Shown here: piece by piece, positions 1 to 17,830 of the stretch
Layout: every line of letters begins with the position of its first letter
Numbering within the stretch: position 1 is the stretch's first letter
DNA from: the human T2T-CHM13v2.0 reference genome, Homo sapiens
Assembly: GCF_009914755.1 (NCBI RefSeq)
Contig: NC_060940.1
Strand: one strand, 5' to 3'
Length of the DNA stretch: 64,000 nt
Translations under genes and position numbers: made by a program
The notes under the pieces: model-generated
Seen by the model: only the letters and a program-made list of their open reading frames with translations
The model's database searches: none
Told to the model about the DNA's origin: nothing

Positions 1-171
1 CAAACCATCTTCCAATTTATACTAGTAAACTTTTAGTAATACATAGAAACATCATTCTTATATAAATCTCTTTTGTTTCCTCCATTTTAAAGTATTATCA
101 CTTTACACATTACATCTATTAAAGTTACAAAGCCAACAATACATTTTAGTAATTATTACTTTACCATCTAG

Positions 172-592
<421 letters not shown>

Positions 593-974
593 ATTATACA
601 CATGTTATTTAATAAACAATTTATGATAAAGAGAAAAAATGCATTTTTACTGTCTTTTATAATGTCAATATTACCTATACCAGTGCTTTTTTAAAAATGT
701 GGATTCAAGTGACTGTCTTCTGTAACTTGCTTTTAGCCTTAGGAATTTATTTTAGAGATTTTTTTAATATAGTAGGTCTGCCAGCAACAACGTCAGTTAA
801 TATTTCTGTTTATCTGGGTAAGTCTCTGTGTTATCTTCATTTTTGAAAAATAATTGCTGGATAAGGAATTCGTGGCTGAGAGTTTTTTTTTCCTTTGCCT
901 CTTTTGAATATATTATTCTACTGCCTCTTGCTTCCATTGTTTCTCTTAAGTCAGCTGTTAATCTTACAAAACAT

Positions 975-1420
975 AGGTGCTCAAAAAATAAACATGTGCA
1001 TGAATATTTACAGCAGTAATATTCATACAGTCAAAAAGTGGAAACAATCCATATGCTTGTTGACTCATAAATGGACGCCCAATTTTCAGCTATAACAAAG
1101 AATGAAGTACTTATATATGGTATAATATTGGTGAAATTTGAAAGCATTCTGTTAAGTGCACAAAAGGACAAATATTACTTGATTTTATTCACATGAAACA
1201 TCAGGAATTGGCAAATCAATTGGGATATAAATCAGATTAGTGGTCATTAGGGCTCAGGGAAGCAGATTAGGGTGTAACAACTTTATGCATAATGGGTTTT
1301 TGGAAGGGACATGATGAAATTGCCCTGGAACATTGTGAATATGCTAAAAGCAAGTGCACTGTATGCTTTAAAATGGTGGTTGTTAATTTTATATTATGTG
1401 ATTTTTACCTTAAAAAACAA
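975..1420 (+). mobile_element. Old L1M 3' end fragment
   Basis: catgaatatttacagcagtaatattcatacagtcaaaaagtggaaacaatcc ... aattttatattatgtgatttttac resembles an L1M 3' UTR. Confidence 0.7.
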
Positions 1421-2254
1421 AAAAGAGAAAATAGCCTTACTCTATACATAATAAACTCCAGATATGTTACAAATTTACATGTGAAATCCAAAATACTATA
1501 ATATTTAAGGAATAGCTAAGTAGAATAACACTGAAATTTAACACAATGAAACATTTCCTTAGAAAAGAAAAAAGCACAGTAATTAAAAAGGGAAATATAT
1601 TTAATATTTTTCTCTCCATTAGGCATGCCATTAACTGAGTAAAAAATCAAGCTACAATTATGTAAACTACATTTTCTAAAACCATAAAGAAAAGAAGAAA
1701 TAAAAAGGTATTTGGGAAAAAATCCAAAGGTACAGTCAACTACACACAAAAAGCTTAGTCTCATTAATCATTATGAAAATGCAAATGGTAACTGAAAGAA
1801 GATAAAACTACAATTCAAAGAGAAACCCTAAAATTTCAACCCCCCAAAAAGTCTGGGTTTTGGAGATCTGGGATGGAATAGGGTTCCTAACCTGACAACA
1901 ATGAAAGACCCAAACTAACTTCAAAGTCATGACTTTATTTTTATAGCAACGAGGTTGCCAAGAACTGAGTCAAAATGTGAGGGAAAACAAGCACCTGCAA
2001 GGAGAAAGAGGACGGATGCACTTACATAGGACAGATGCAAATAGACACCACTATGACAAGTAAAGCTGGAATAATCAATAAATTCCTAAAGGCAAAGTGG
2101 GGCTGGTGAGATTGGGAGACGGCTGACAGCTGCAGAAGTTGGGAAAGATCCATCATCTTGAAAACTTTTTCCCCACAAACCCACTGCGATCTCTCAAGCA
2201 ATTGGTAAGGAATCCAAGAGAGTCTGTATATGACACAGATCAGGGAGAGCAGAA

Positions 2255-2535
2255 CACTTGGGAGGTGACCGGGTCTTGGGGGCCGAGCCCTTATGAATGG
2301 GATTAGTGCCTTTATAAAAGAAGCTCAATGGAGTTGTTGTGTGCCTTCCACTATGTGAGGACATAGAAAGCAGGCACCACCTATGAACCATGAAATGGGC
2401 TCTCATCAACACTGAATTTGTGAGCATCTTGACCTGAGATCTTACAGCCTCAAGAAGTGTGAAAAAAGAAATATCTGTTGTTTTTTAATCACCCGGTTTA
2501 TGTTATTTTGTTATAAGAGTCCAAATAGAGCAAGA
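2255..2535 (+). mobile_element. MaLR LTR fragment (MLT1/MST-like)
   Basis: atgaatgggattagtgcctttataaaag and cagcctcaagaagtgtga...gttattttgttata are typical MaLR LTR motifs. Confidence 0.75.
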
Positions 2536-3454
2536 TATTCCACTTAATATGTAGGGGAAGGCAACAAAAACTGCCACACTTAGGATCCTCCTGATGCTGG
2601 GAGTATGAAAACAGGAAAAACAAAACAAAACTGCTCTTGAAGGTGAAGGAGGAATATCACTGAGCTCACCAACACAGCCAGGAAAAGAACGGAAGTGTGA
2701 GAAGGCTACATTCCTGAGACCCTGAGAAAAAGTACCTGCATAAGACTGAGATGAAATTACCTACTCTAGTTATGATTGAAATCCCAAAAAGAAAAGAGGG
2801 AAAAATAATGGAGCAAAAGAAATATTTTTCAAAATAACTGCCAAAAATATTCTAAAAGAAGTGACAGAAAATCAAACTTCAAATATAGGAAACTCAGAGA
2901 ATGTCAAATAGAACCAAAAGAAATAAGAATCACATCTTGAAAAATCTTTAAAAAATCAAGTCTAAATTTTATATCTTGCTCCAAATATATAGAGATATAA
3001 AGAGGTTATCAAGATATGGAGAAAGCCATATCATGGAAACACTAAAATAAGGCTGTGGAAGGACTACATTGATATTAGACACAACAGAGTTCGGAACAAG
3101 AAATAGTATCAGAGATGAGAGATAATAGATAATAGAATCATCAATTCTCAAGAAGATGTAAACATCCTACTAATTAGGGTAAGCAGCTAACAACAGAACC
3201 TCCAAATACATGAGGTAAAATAGGAAAGAAATAAAAGGTGAACTAGAAAAATCCGAAACTATATTTGCCGACATCAACACTTTTGTCTTAGAAATGGAAA
3301 GACTAGGCACTAACTCAGTAATCATGTGGAAGATAAGAACAACAATATCACCAAAAAGACATCCAATCTTCAATGGCAGATACTCTTTCCTTTCAAGTGA
3401 AAAAAAAAACAGTATGGCATATTCTCTAACAAACCCAGAATTTCTAATATTTGC

Positions 3455-4075
3455 GTTTTTCCTTCTTTCTTTCCATCTTCCTTTCTCTTCTCTTCCCTTC
3501 CCTTGCCTTCCTCCTTCCTTTCTTCTTTTCCTCTTCCTTTTCTTTTCTTTTTTCTTTACCTTTCTTTCTTTTCTTTTTTCTCCTTCCTTCCTTCTTTCCT
3601 TTCTTTCTTTCCTATTATTCTTCCTTCCCTCCTCCCTCCCTTCCTTTCTCCCTCCCTTTTCTTCCTTCCTTTCTCATATTCTTTCTTTCTTTCTCGCCTT
3701 CTTGCTTTCTTTCCTTTTTTCTCCCTTCCTCCCGCCCTCCTTTTCTTCCTTCCTCCCTCCCTTCCTTTCCTCTTTTTCCTTCCTTCCTTCGCCTCTTTAT
3801 TTTCTTTGTTTCTGTGCCTTCCTCCCTTTTACCATTCTCTCTTCCTCCTTTCCTTCCTCCCTTCTTTCTTTCTTTCTCTCTTTCTTTCTCTTTCTTTCCT
3901 TCTTTCTTTCTTGTGTTCATGCTTTCTTTTTTCTCCCCTCCTGCCTTTCTCCCTTCCTCCCTCCCTCCCTTCCTTCCCTCATTTCCTCCTTTTCTTTCTT
4001 CTTTCTTTAGTTCCTTCCTTCCTTCTTTCCTTCCTTCTTTTTCTTTCTTTGTTTTCTTTTCTTTCTTTCTCTTTA
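3455..4075 (+). repeat. CT-rich low-complexity (TTCC/TTTC)n tract
   Basis: About 620 bp of near-pure pyrimidines; source of the spurious F/S/L/P-rich ORFs. Confidence 0.97.
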
Positions 4076-4164
4076 CTACAAATATTATTATTTTAAAAAA
4101 ATTAAGACAGGGAGACAGAAAAATAAAGAACGCTTTAATCTGCAGGTAAACAGATTATGTCTGC

Positions 4165-4975
<811 letters not shown>

Positions 4976-5961
4976 GTTTATATTGTAATTGTATCATGAA
5001 AATGAGAACCATAATGTACAACTGCTTTTAATACTGCACTTGGATGTTTGAAATCACGTACATGGAAATGATCTCTATGTGCATGAGGGAGGATAGCAAA
5101 TTGATGCCAAAATAATGCAAATGCAAATCTTACACTCATTTCTATGTAGGTTTCATTTAATCTTTGAAATTAAAATGAAATTAAAAGATTGTGATCTTTT
5201 GATGAAATTAGACTAAAATGAACAATAACAAAATAAGAACTTACTTATATTCTTTATATGGTCAATAAAGAAGTGATAGTGGAAAAAAACAAGATCAAAT
5301 GAAAGTGATGATGTAGGAAGTTGGAAAGATAGCTGAAACTACAAAATGGTAATAACCAGTGAACCCTTAGACACACTGATTGATGAACTTCAGCTTTTGG
5401 CCTGGTGAGATAAAATGAGAGCAGCTGAGGTTTGCCAATTTGTAATCTCCTTGTGGAAAAACAGGGGAAAACACATCTCAGCCTAATAAGATTTATCTAC
5501 TAAAGAGTCTAGACTTGATCCATTTGTCCGTGTAATTCAAAAGCTAATTCAAATACTGATTTGATGTATTGTGTGAACAACCATTGCTGATTATCATCGC
5601 ATACCTGGCATTCTCTTGTATCTGATATCTAAAAGATTTGGTAATTCCTGGACTTTCTCTTTTCAAACCCAGTACGGTTTAATTTCAGTCTTAGAACAGT
5701 TGTCTTTGAGAAATTCTTCCCTCTACTGCATCTGTGAATGGGCATAGCATGGTTACATACATACTGTCACTCCATAGAACATTTGTTAAATTAAAGCCAA
5801 AGTTTAAAGCAAGAGCTTTAACTTACAGGTTTTACTAATGGTTTCCTCCCCAATAGCCACAACAATATTGATACCCTCACACCTTTTAACATAAAGCTTG
5901 GTGTTGTCTATTTTTCAGGTGCTGTCATCTATATGATCTCAGTATTTTAAACATCAGCTTC

Positions 5962-7530
<1,569 letters not shown>

Positions 7531-9127
7531 ATATTATAAAAATAAAAATCAGCTCTCATTGATTTCTATGTAAATATGCTCAGGTAATGTCCATATAGAC
7601 ATAAATAATAATATTTCTGACAATGGGTCCATATGATCTTCAAAATGTAAAATGCCTATCTGTGTAATTGACTGGTTAGTCTCATTAATGAATATAGATT
7701 CAATTCCACTTTCTTGTTCTAGATAGATTATATAATCTAGCTTTTCATTTCACTTATTTACTGATAACAACAGGAAGAATGACAAGATATCTATTTTGCA
7801 AAATTACTCTGGTAGGAGTAAAGATGAAATAATGACAGAATTGCACAGAAACCTAGAAAAAAGTATGGTCTTCTGATATTCTATCACATCACATACTAAA
7901 GGCCTCATAAAACTCAGATATTTTATCTAAAAATGTTATTTTCATCATAGGAATGATCAAAGCATGAGACCACAATTGTATTAAAATGTGCTTGTATCAC
8001 AAGCACAGGTGCTAAAAAGGAGAGGAAAACATCCTTACTGATATTTTCAATGTATGCTTTACTTTTCTTCAACATGAACCTCAACTTGATATGATGCAGA
8101 TTGAAGGAAATCACCCAGAATTCCATATGAAAAAGGCCTGTGATATTTTATGGGAAAATGAATAGAGAAAATGCTAACAGAAACCCTGTTAAGCATGGAG
8201 CTTTATGGAGAAAATAGAAATCCGGTGGTGAAAGATACACACTCGAGTTCTGTTTGTTGTCTTGGAACAATACGGTTTAGAGGTGACTGGCGGGTGAGGA
8301 GAACATATGCGAGTTCACCAAAGAGAAAAGCTGAATGAGGCAATGCCTCTTCCTGACCATATCTCTTACTCAGATAACTATAGAATTTATTGTCCAGTAA
8401 AGGGTATATTAAAAAATCATATTAAAAGTCATGCAGTGAAGTTGTCCAGGGAAATCAAGACTTAACAGTCTCATTCTGACAATAACGAACAGGGGTATTC
8501 CCTCAAGATAGACTAGGACATGACCCCACACTGGCAGGTAGTAGTACGAGAAAAGAACGCATGGAAAATCTTTACCTTATGCTTGAGGTAGGGACCAGGC
8601 TAAAGTGAAAGCCAGACCTAAAATTCTATCTAAAATAAATCCACAATCGAAGAAAATATGTGGTGTACAGGCATAGAATGTCTTTACTGGATCATTGAAA
8701 TAGTAAGGTAAATTGAACTTTTTACATTGTTTTCTTTTCCTCCAGTTAGGGCTTGAGGTTTGTCTCTGGAGAGTGACTGACAATTGCAGCCCTGCCTTTC
8801 TGGGGTTCTGGTCAGGGGGTTGTGGATGCTTAACATGTGCCTTTCACAGGACACTTCCTTACCCCAGCAGTGGCCAGGTGTGCATCCCACGGCCAGGCCT
8901 CCCTCTCACAGAACATCTGTTGAGACTAGGAGATGCCTGGTGACTGTTGCCTGACCTGTGTCCTGTGTATTTCTGACAAGAGCCACTCTCAGAGACCCTG
9001 GCCAGGAGGAGAGTTAGGTTCCAGTGTAGGTCAGCTCAGACACATGGAGGCCACAGAACCAAACATGGGAAATCACAGAAGTAGGTTTATTACTCACAGA
9101 TCCAGAGAGAAGAGGGTAGCTGAGAAG

Positions 9128-9465
9128 AGGGTTTAGCTGTGTCCCCAGCCAAATCTCATCTTGAATTCCCACATGTTGTGGGAGGGAACAGCTGGGAGGT
9201 AATTGAATCACGAGGACAGGTCTTTCCCATGCTGTTCTTCTGATAGTGAATAAGTCTCACAAGATCTGATGGTTTTATAAAGGGGAGTTTCCTGCACAAG
9301 CTCTCTTGTCTTGTCTGCTGCCAGGTGAGATGTGTCTTTCGGCTTGTGCCATGATTGTGAGGCCTACCCAGCCATGTGGAACTGTGCATCTATTAAACCT
9401 CTTTCTTCTGGAAATTACCCAGTCTTGGGCATGTCTTTACCGGCGGTGTGAAAATGGACTAATAG
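9128..9465 (+). mobile_element. THE1-type MaLR solo LTR
   Basis: gtttagctgtgtccccagccaaatctcatcttgaattccc ... attaaacctcttt ... aaatggactaata. Confidence 0.88.
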
Positions 9466-10717
9466 AGTAGCACACCTCATAGGGCTGAACAAAATGGGGA
9501 AGATGAGTGGGGAGCAGGAGACAGAAAAGGGGTCTGTGGGACTCCAGCCTTTATTGGGCCCAGAACATTATCCAAATAAGTTTTCCACGGGGCACTAGTC
9601 GGTGGGGTGAGTGCCAGCAGGCACATTTCTTGACTCCTGCTGCAATCGAGCAGGTCACTCTGGCGTGTGGGGGCTGTCCATGTGCACTGTGAGGTCTGTG
9701 GGGTGAGTCAGGTAGGTTGTATCCAACGGTTCCATAGCTGGTAGTCACCAGGAGGAGGCAACTGTGTAGGGTCAATATCTGGGCCAGCCACACTGAGGAA
9801 CTGTGAGGGTTAGAACTGGAAATTGTCAAGGGAATCCGAACCCAGCTACCATATGAGAGAGTTCAACTTATGTTCAATGTGAATGCCATGGCAATATTAA
9901 AAGGTAAGAATTCGCTCCATACGTGCTTGAGGTAAATAGGAGAAACCTAGAATTTATGTAAACAGTGAGAAGATTGGATGCGTTTTATGTCACATATTTT
10001 AATACTAGCAGCTTATTATATATGTCAATCCATCAGGCATTCAGAAATACATGCTTATGAAAATTTTTTGCACCATCAGACAAAAGACAAGGGTAGAAGA
10101 TAACCTGGTCAAACTTTCTCACACAGAGAAATGTTTGTTAAGTAATTAAAGTGTAGATGATGATAAAAAGAGCTTGATTAAATAAGATGCCAAAGTACCC
10201 TTGTGATTCAGAATATGAATGGTACTTAATGCCCTTGAAATCAATAATTGCTGAGTGACATTAATTAACGCCAATATTTCAGAAGTTGTTCTGGTTAGTG
10301 AAATGTGTACAACTTGCAACAATTTCCGAACTCTGAAGGGCAACATTATTCTATAATTAAGAATTAAGAATTAATTCACATTAATTATTGGGGAGAAATA
10401 ATTTTAAGAATTAATGACTGAGAAAACGTTTTTATTTTTTATTTAGAAAATTATTTTGTGCATGAGCATTACTGCCAGTTTTGCAAGAAACATAAATTTA
10501 TAGAAACAATTATGTGCACAAGTTGAATTTAATAACATCTTGATATTTTCCACTATTACAGTTGTATTTGGTAAATCTTTAAATGCCCATAATCTAAAGA
10601 TCATAAATGAATCTTGGAAATCTTGTAGGTAAGGGTAAATATAAGGATGCATCCAATTACATTTACACACACATACAATTACATTTACACAAACATACAT
10701 GCACACACGCTCACTGA

Positions 10718-11058
<341 letters not shown>

Positions 11059-11307
11059 TACCAATTGATTTTAACTAATATTTATAAGAGCCTGTAGGAT
11101 TGATATATATTGTTGAACCTGAAAAATATTTATTATATACATGTTTAAAATACACAAAGAAATAAATAGTAATTGCACTAGGCATTTGAAACTGTACTTA
11201 AATATAAGCTGTGATCATTACAAATTCTTACACTGAATAAATATTTTTATTTTTATAATAATATGTTTGATACATGTGTCCATTTTTAAAAATGTATTAT
11301 TTTTTCA

Positions 11308-11643
11308 TAGAGTCAAGTCATGCATAATATTTCTGTCAGAGATGGATTACATATACAAAATTGGTCCCATGAGAATACATATTTTTACATACTTTTCTAT
11401 GTTTAAGTATGTTTACATACATAAACTCTTACCACTGTGTTCTTATTGCCTGCAGTATTCAGTATAGTAATGTAGTACACAGGTTTGTAGCCTAGGAGAG
11501 AGAGGTTATACCATATAACCTAAACGTGGTAGGCTGTACAATCTAGGTGTTTGTAATATTCTCTGTGATGTTTGCAAAATGATGAAATTGCCTATGGATG
11601 CATCTGTTAGAACGTATCGCTGTCATTCAGTGATGCGTGACTG
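11308..11643. mobile_element. Tigger3/MER7-type DNA transposon relic
   Basis: caggtttgtagcctaggag...ccatataacc and terminal gatgcgtgactg match Tigger3-family sequence as recalled. Confidence 0.7.
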
Positions 11644-12214
11644 GCTAAAATGCTAAATCTAAGTTTCAATGACCTCCATAAAATTGTTGTACTGTGAAAT
11701 AAAAATCTCTCACCTATGGTCTGAATGTGTTTGCCAACTAAGCAGATCATGGGAAGGAGAATGTGCTGGCATCGCTGGGATGATTTTCTCACACTACATG
11801 AATAATATCTCCAGACTTTGCGAATATGAGCCACTTGCATAGAGTTAAAGTAAGCATCTCTTTGCTGGGAATTTTATCAAACGGGAGTATGAAGTGTTTT
11901 TAAAAGATACTTGTTTGTTTGTAGCTGGTAGGCCTACAGTGGCTCATGGCAATGGTTGAGGTTGCTAAGATTTGGTGGAAGAAGGCAAAATGAAATGGCC
12001 ACTTAGATGGTATATGGATCACTTGTTTCTGTTGAATTACAGATTCAGCCGGCTATTTCTCCGAACGTTAGTTATTTGGAGAAAGAAACATGATAGTAAT
12101 TTTGGGGTAACAAATACAATATTTGATGAAAGCAAATTTATTGAGGGTTAGACAAACTACAAGATAATTTAGGCTGCAAAGTCAACACGATACTTCTGGC
12201 CCAAATTGTGCAGA

Positions 12215-12545
12215 GTTTGGGTCCAGCTGCAAAGTTCAAAGCAAGAGGCCATATAAGATGATTCGCACTTTTGTCACCAACTGCCAGTTCTGGGGTTTCC
12301 CCAGAACACCCTCAGTTTCAAGAATTTACTAAAAAGACTCACAGAACTCATTGAATGCCATTGTACTCATGGTTTATAATAGAGAAAGGGTAGAAATTAG
12401 GACCAATCAAAGGAAGAGACATATCACATAAGGTGGAATCAAGGAGGAATTTGAATGTTAAGTTTCCATTGTCTTCAGGACATATTACCTGTCATTGTTG
12501 TACAGCAATAAACATGGAGTACTACCAACCTGGGGAGCTCACCTG
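12215..12545. mobile_element. ERV LTR fragment (MER21-like)
   Basis: caccctcagtttcaagaatttactaaaaagactcacagaactcattgaa motif. Confidence 0.55.
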
Positions 12546-12559
12546 ATGCTAAAAAGACT

Positions 12560-15110
12560 ATTTAGAAAAGGAAAAGACAAAGGAAAGGAGGAGATAAGAT
12601 GACCTTCCACATTAAGGCACTGGAAAGAATAGCAAACTAAACCTAAAGCAAGCAGAAGGAAGAAAATAAAAATTAGAGAAATTAATAATTTATAATATTA
12701 ATCATATTTGTTAGTGTTTACTAGTTGATATTAATTCTTGACTGACTTTTTTTAAAAAGAGAAATATTCACTTCCCAATTTATTCTGTGGGGCCAGTGTT
12801 ACCTTGATACAAAAATTAGTCCAAATAGCGTAGAAAAATAAAACTACTATAAGTATAAATGCAAAATTCCTTAAAAAGTAACAAATCAGATCTAGCAACA
12901 TATAAAAGAATTACACACTATGACAAAGTGAAATTTATACTAGTGATGTCAGGTTGGTTTAACAGCCCAAAATCCATTACGGTAATACATCTTATCCATA
13001 GAATAAGAAACAAGAATTGCATGATCATGTCGATAGATTCGGAAAAGACATTTAACAAAATCCAAATGCTTTAATGATTAAAAATAAAAACTCAATGAAC
13101 TAGGAATAGAGAACTTTCTACACCAGATACATGGCACCTGTGAAAAGCCAACAGCGAGCATGCAACTTAATGGTAAAGGATGCTTTCCCGCTATGGTCAG
13201 AGATAAGAATAGGATATATAGTTTGACCTCTTCTAGTCAACACTGTACTAAAGATTTTATGCAGGGCAAATCGGCAACAAAAAAAAAGAGTCACCCATAT
13301 TGAACAGGAAGAAATAAAACTTTATTTGAAAATAACATTCTTGTATATAGAAAATTTTAAGGAATCCATTGAACGATAGAACTCGTAAATTATTTCAGCA
13401 ATATTACAGCATACAAGATAAATGTACAAAAATCAATTACACATATCTACAATGAAAACCCAAAAATGAAATTAAGAAAACACTTCAATTTAAAATAGCA
13501 TCAAAAAAAGAAATAATAATTAATTTGGAAAATGTGATACAAGATTTTACTCTGAAAATTAAAAATTATTGTTTAAAGAATGTCTAAATAATTAGCAAAC
13601 ATCTTCCACCCATGAATTGGAAGATTTAATATTGTAGTACTTTACAAGGTGAACTACAGATTTGACGTAATCCCTGCAAGTATCCCAACAGACTTCTGTC
13701 TAGAAACTGACAAGCTGATTCTAAAATACACATGGGATGGTAAGGGACTCAAAATAGCCAAAATAGTCTTGATAAAAGAAAACATATTAGGATAATTCAC
13801 ACCCCCGTGCTCCAAACCTTACGGCAAAGCATCAGTAATCAAGACAACACAATACTGATGAAGGAAAATTATATAGATTGATGGAAGAGAATTGAGAGTC
13901 CATATATAAAACTATGTATCTATAGTCAATGGATTCTTAAACTGGTGCCATGTGCAATTCAATGAGGAAGAGACAGTCTTTGAACACACCGGGTCAACAA
14001 CGTACACGTGGATCGCCACTTGCAAAATAGTAAATTGGAACTCTTACCCCAAAGCATACAAAAATATTAACTCAAATGAATTAAAGACATACATGCAAGA
14101 GCTAGAATAAAGCATATGCGAAAATCTTCAGGATTTTGGATCTAGCAAAGAAATAGCTGTAACACCAAAAACATGAGCAACAAAATAAAAATTAGATATT
14201 TAAAATTTCTTAAAAATTAAAGACATTGGTGTTTCAAAGGACAACCAAGCAAGTCAAAAGGCAGCTCAAAAATTGTGAGAAGATATTTGAGAAACACATA
14301 TCTATATGTCTGCTTATATATGTATCTTGAATATAGAAAAATTGTTTTAACTCAGTAACAAAAATCCCAACTCAAAACTGATAAACGATAGAAATAGTTG
14401 TGTATCCCAAGAAGATACACGAATGGTCAATAATCCCATAAAAAGATACTCAACAGCATCACTCATCAGGCAACTACAAATCAAAACGACAGTTAGATAC
14501 TCTATGGCTAGAACTGGCCACTTTGGAAAATAGGTTGATGGCTTCTAAATATATGAAACATAGAATTGTCATATGACCCAGAAATTTATTCCCAGGTATA
14601 CCCCCAGAGTATTGGAAAGAGGTGTTCAAACACAAATTATACACAAGTATTTTAACAGCAGTATTTAAAATAGCCAAAGGCTGAACACAAATCAAATGTC
14701 AACAAAATATTATTGGATAAACAAAATGTTATATCCATGAAATTGAATCTTATACAGTTATAAAAAGAAATAAAGTACCAATACGCATATGAACCTTGAT
14801 AGCATTATGCCAACTGAAAGAAGCCAGGCACAAAAGGCCACCTATTGTATGATTCTATTTAGATGAAAATAGAATAGGAAGATCTACAGAGACAAAAAAC
14901 AGATTTGTTGTTGCTTAGGATTGAGTAGGGGATGAGTGCATAGGAGGTTAACAGCTAGAGAAGGTGGGGTTTCTTTTTGAAGTGATGAAAATGCTCTAAA
15001 ATTCATTGTGATGATGGCTCCACTTATCTGTGTATATACTAAAAGCCATTGACTTGTAGACATTACTATGTGCACTCTACAGTATGTAAATTATATCTCA
15101 ATAAATCCTT
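12560..15110 (+). mobile_element. Old degenerate L1M (ORF2 reverse transcriptase region to 3' UTR)
   Basis: ORF 12859..13074 (GWFN...SIDSEKTFNKIQ) is L1 RT-like; ends aattatatctcaataaa. Confidence 0.85.
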
Positions 15111-17171
15111 TCAAAAATACACAGAAGACTAAGGGGTTTTGGACTGTTGCAGCTGGGAGGCAGTTTGAAATACTGAATAGGTCTCATCGAGAATGTGAGG
15201 TTTCAGTAAAGACCTGAGGAAGTTGAATGAGCTCATCAATGGATATATGGAGGGCTATCTTTCCAAGCTAAGAAATTAACTAGAGTCTTGGTCATAAGGC
15301 AGTAGCATGTTGGCATGTCCAGAGGACAGTGAGGTGGCCAGGACCACTGGTAAGTTCAAGGTTGAAGACATAAAAGAATTTTGGCGGTTAACATGCGGCA
15401 GATCATGATGGGCTTGCAGACCATTGTAAGAATTGTGTCTTTTAGTGTAAATGAAATGGGGAGACAAATCATTATCCCATTATCAATATTTTAATAAATT
15501 GGATCCATGAACCAAATCCGATGAGATTAAATCAATTAGTAATAATATGCAAATTTGTATTAAAATTACCAGAATTCCTTTCACGTTTGAGAACAGGAGA
15601 GTCATGATTCTTTATCAGCAATAATAAACTATTAATTTTAATTGTCATCAGCTAATTGAGATTAATTGCAATACATCATGCTTTATAATGTGACTGTCAA
15701 AAGGAAAATATGATTGTAATCTTATACTACATCTATCAATGTCTTTGATTCATAGGACTATAGACTAAGCCCCTAGTTTTCAAAGCCAACTGATGAGGCA
15801 GCGACATCTTATGCAAGTTTGCTGCTTTCTGCCACAGTGGTTCTTGGTCAGCTGGCACAAATTGTTTTACAACACCACTAGGTCTAAAAACAGTTTGGAT
15901 CACAATGAACACAGAATCACCTTCATCCCTTCAGAAATACCTATCAATTACTTCCAATACAGAATGAAACATTGACAACGGAAGTATGTTGATTGTAAAA
16001 ATGCCAGATAGCTTGCATCTACATGAAAGAAAAATGCCATTTTTATTACAATAGATCATTGTTTTACATGAGTTTTGGTATAGCACAATGTTGAACCAAG
16101 GGCAAAGAGAGATGAATTAATGAAGTCTTAAGATATCAAGAATTTGAAAGAAAAGGCAGGTCATTTTGAATGTTAGTGACATAGCATTCATCTTCTGTTG
16201 TCACCTTTTCCGTCATTCCCTGTATGCCTGATGGACAGCTTTCACTGAAGTTCAGAGAGCAGCATGCAAAGATTAGCTACCAAGTAATTTTTATGAAGTG
16301 AGCTTAATTTCTAGCCAGACTGAGCTTACGTTTTAGCAGGAAGCATTTTTGGGAAATGTTTATGTTAGAGTTTGCCCTTCTTGACAAGGTGAGACATAAA
16401 TGTCTACGTTATAGACATGAATTAAGATGGGAAGATATTTGGGGGAAACATTTTCTCAAATGCAAAATAACAAAGGTACACAAAGGGGAAATTATACTAG
16501 ATTTATTTCCCACTTGTTTTCTATGTCTCATGCAATTCACCTTGATTCCCTTCAGCTTCTGTTTAATGTAGAAAGTGGCATTTTCATTATTTTAAGCTTC
16601 TAGCACAATGAAAGAATTTCTCTTTTTCATGAACTGCATCATAAATGAAAGGGAGGAAGAGTGTCCAATATCATATTTATTGTTCAACAAAACACTGCTC
16701 CACTGCTTAAATTCAGTTTAAAAAAGAGAATTTATTGAACATCTAACACATACATAAAAGGCAGTAAAGACACATGAGAAGAGGGCAGGATATTGAAGTA
16801 TATAGACTTTAATGCTGAGTTTTGTATCTTAGTAAGTTACTGCAGCTTACAGAGACTCAATTTCCCCTGATTTAGGAAGGCGATGCTAATGGGTATTGCA
16901 TAGGTGTAAGTATAAAAATGTTGTATTTAAGAGAATCCCACAAGCTTGGTATAAGGCAGAAAATAAATAGATGTGACATTAATGAGTAGTTTATTACATT
17001 TGTATGCTACCTGCAGACTAGAGGAAGCAAGAAACACAGCCACTATGCTTGATTAGCATTATATTCTAATTTGGAATATAAATAGAAAAGAGAAAAATAG
17101 AAAGCTATGCATAAACACATGCATTAAAATGAATTTTATGTGGACTCTTTCAGGAAAATGTTCCTAAGGTA

Positions 17172-17830
17172 TTTTATTTTTTTATTGTGGTAAAATACAC
17201 ATAACATAAAATGTACTCTGTTAACCATTTTAAGTGTACAGTTCAGTGGTACTAAATAGAGTCATAACATTGTGCAGCCATCCCTACCATCCATCTCCAT
17301 AACTCGTTTCATCTTGTGAAACTGAAACTCTATACCCGTTAAACAGTACTTCCCCATGTCTTCCTCCCCCCAGCTTCTGGCAATCATCATTGTACTGTCT
17401 CTATGATTCTGTCCACTTTAAGTCTCTTATACAAATGGAATTATACTGTATTTGTCCCTCACTGACTAGCTTATTTCACTTGGCATAATATCCTCAAGTT
17501 TCATCCAAGTTGCAACATATGTCAGAATATTTCCCTCATGTTTAAGGCTGAATAATTTTCCATTGTATGTATATATCATGTTTTGCTTATCCATTCATCT
17601 GTGGTTGAACACTTCAATTGCTTCTATGTTTTAGCTATTGCCAATAATGCTGCTGCAAACATGGATGTGCAAATATTTTTTCAAGACTCTGCTTTCAATT
17701 CTTTTGCTATCTTGAGCTGTGGGGCTGCCGAATCATAAGGCAATACCATTTTGATGTTTTGAGGAAATACCATACTCTTTTCCACAGCAAACATAGGGTT
17801 TGGCATTCCCTCCAATATTGCAAAAGGAAT
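17172..17830 (-). mobile_element. L1MB-type 3' end
   Basis: tttttattgtggtaaaatacacataacataaaa...taaccattttaagtgtacagttcagtgg. Confidence 0.85.

Noticed and set aside
3294-4149. ORFs of 197-238 aa rich in F/S/L/P
   Set aside because: Artefacts of the pyrimidine tract, which cannot form stop codons.
9361-9379. PRDM9 hotspot motif in the THE1 LTR
   Set aside because: Reads CCTACCCAGCCAT, not matching CCTCCCTNNCCAC.
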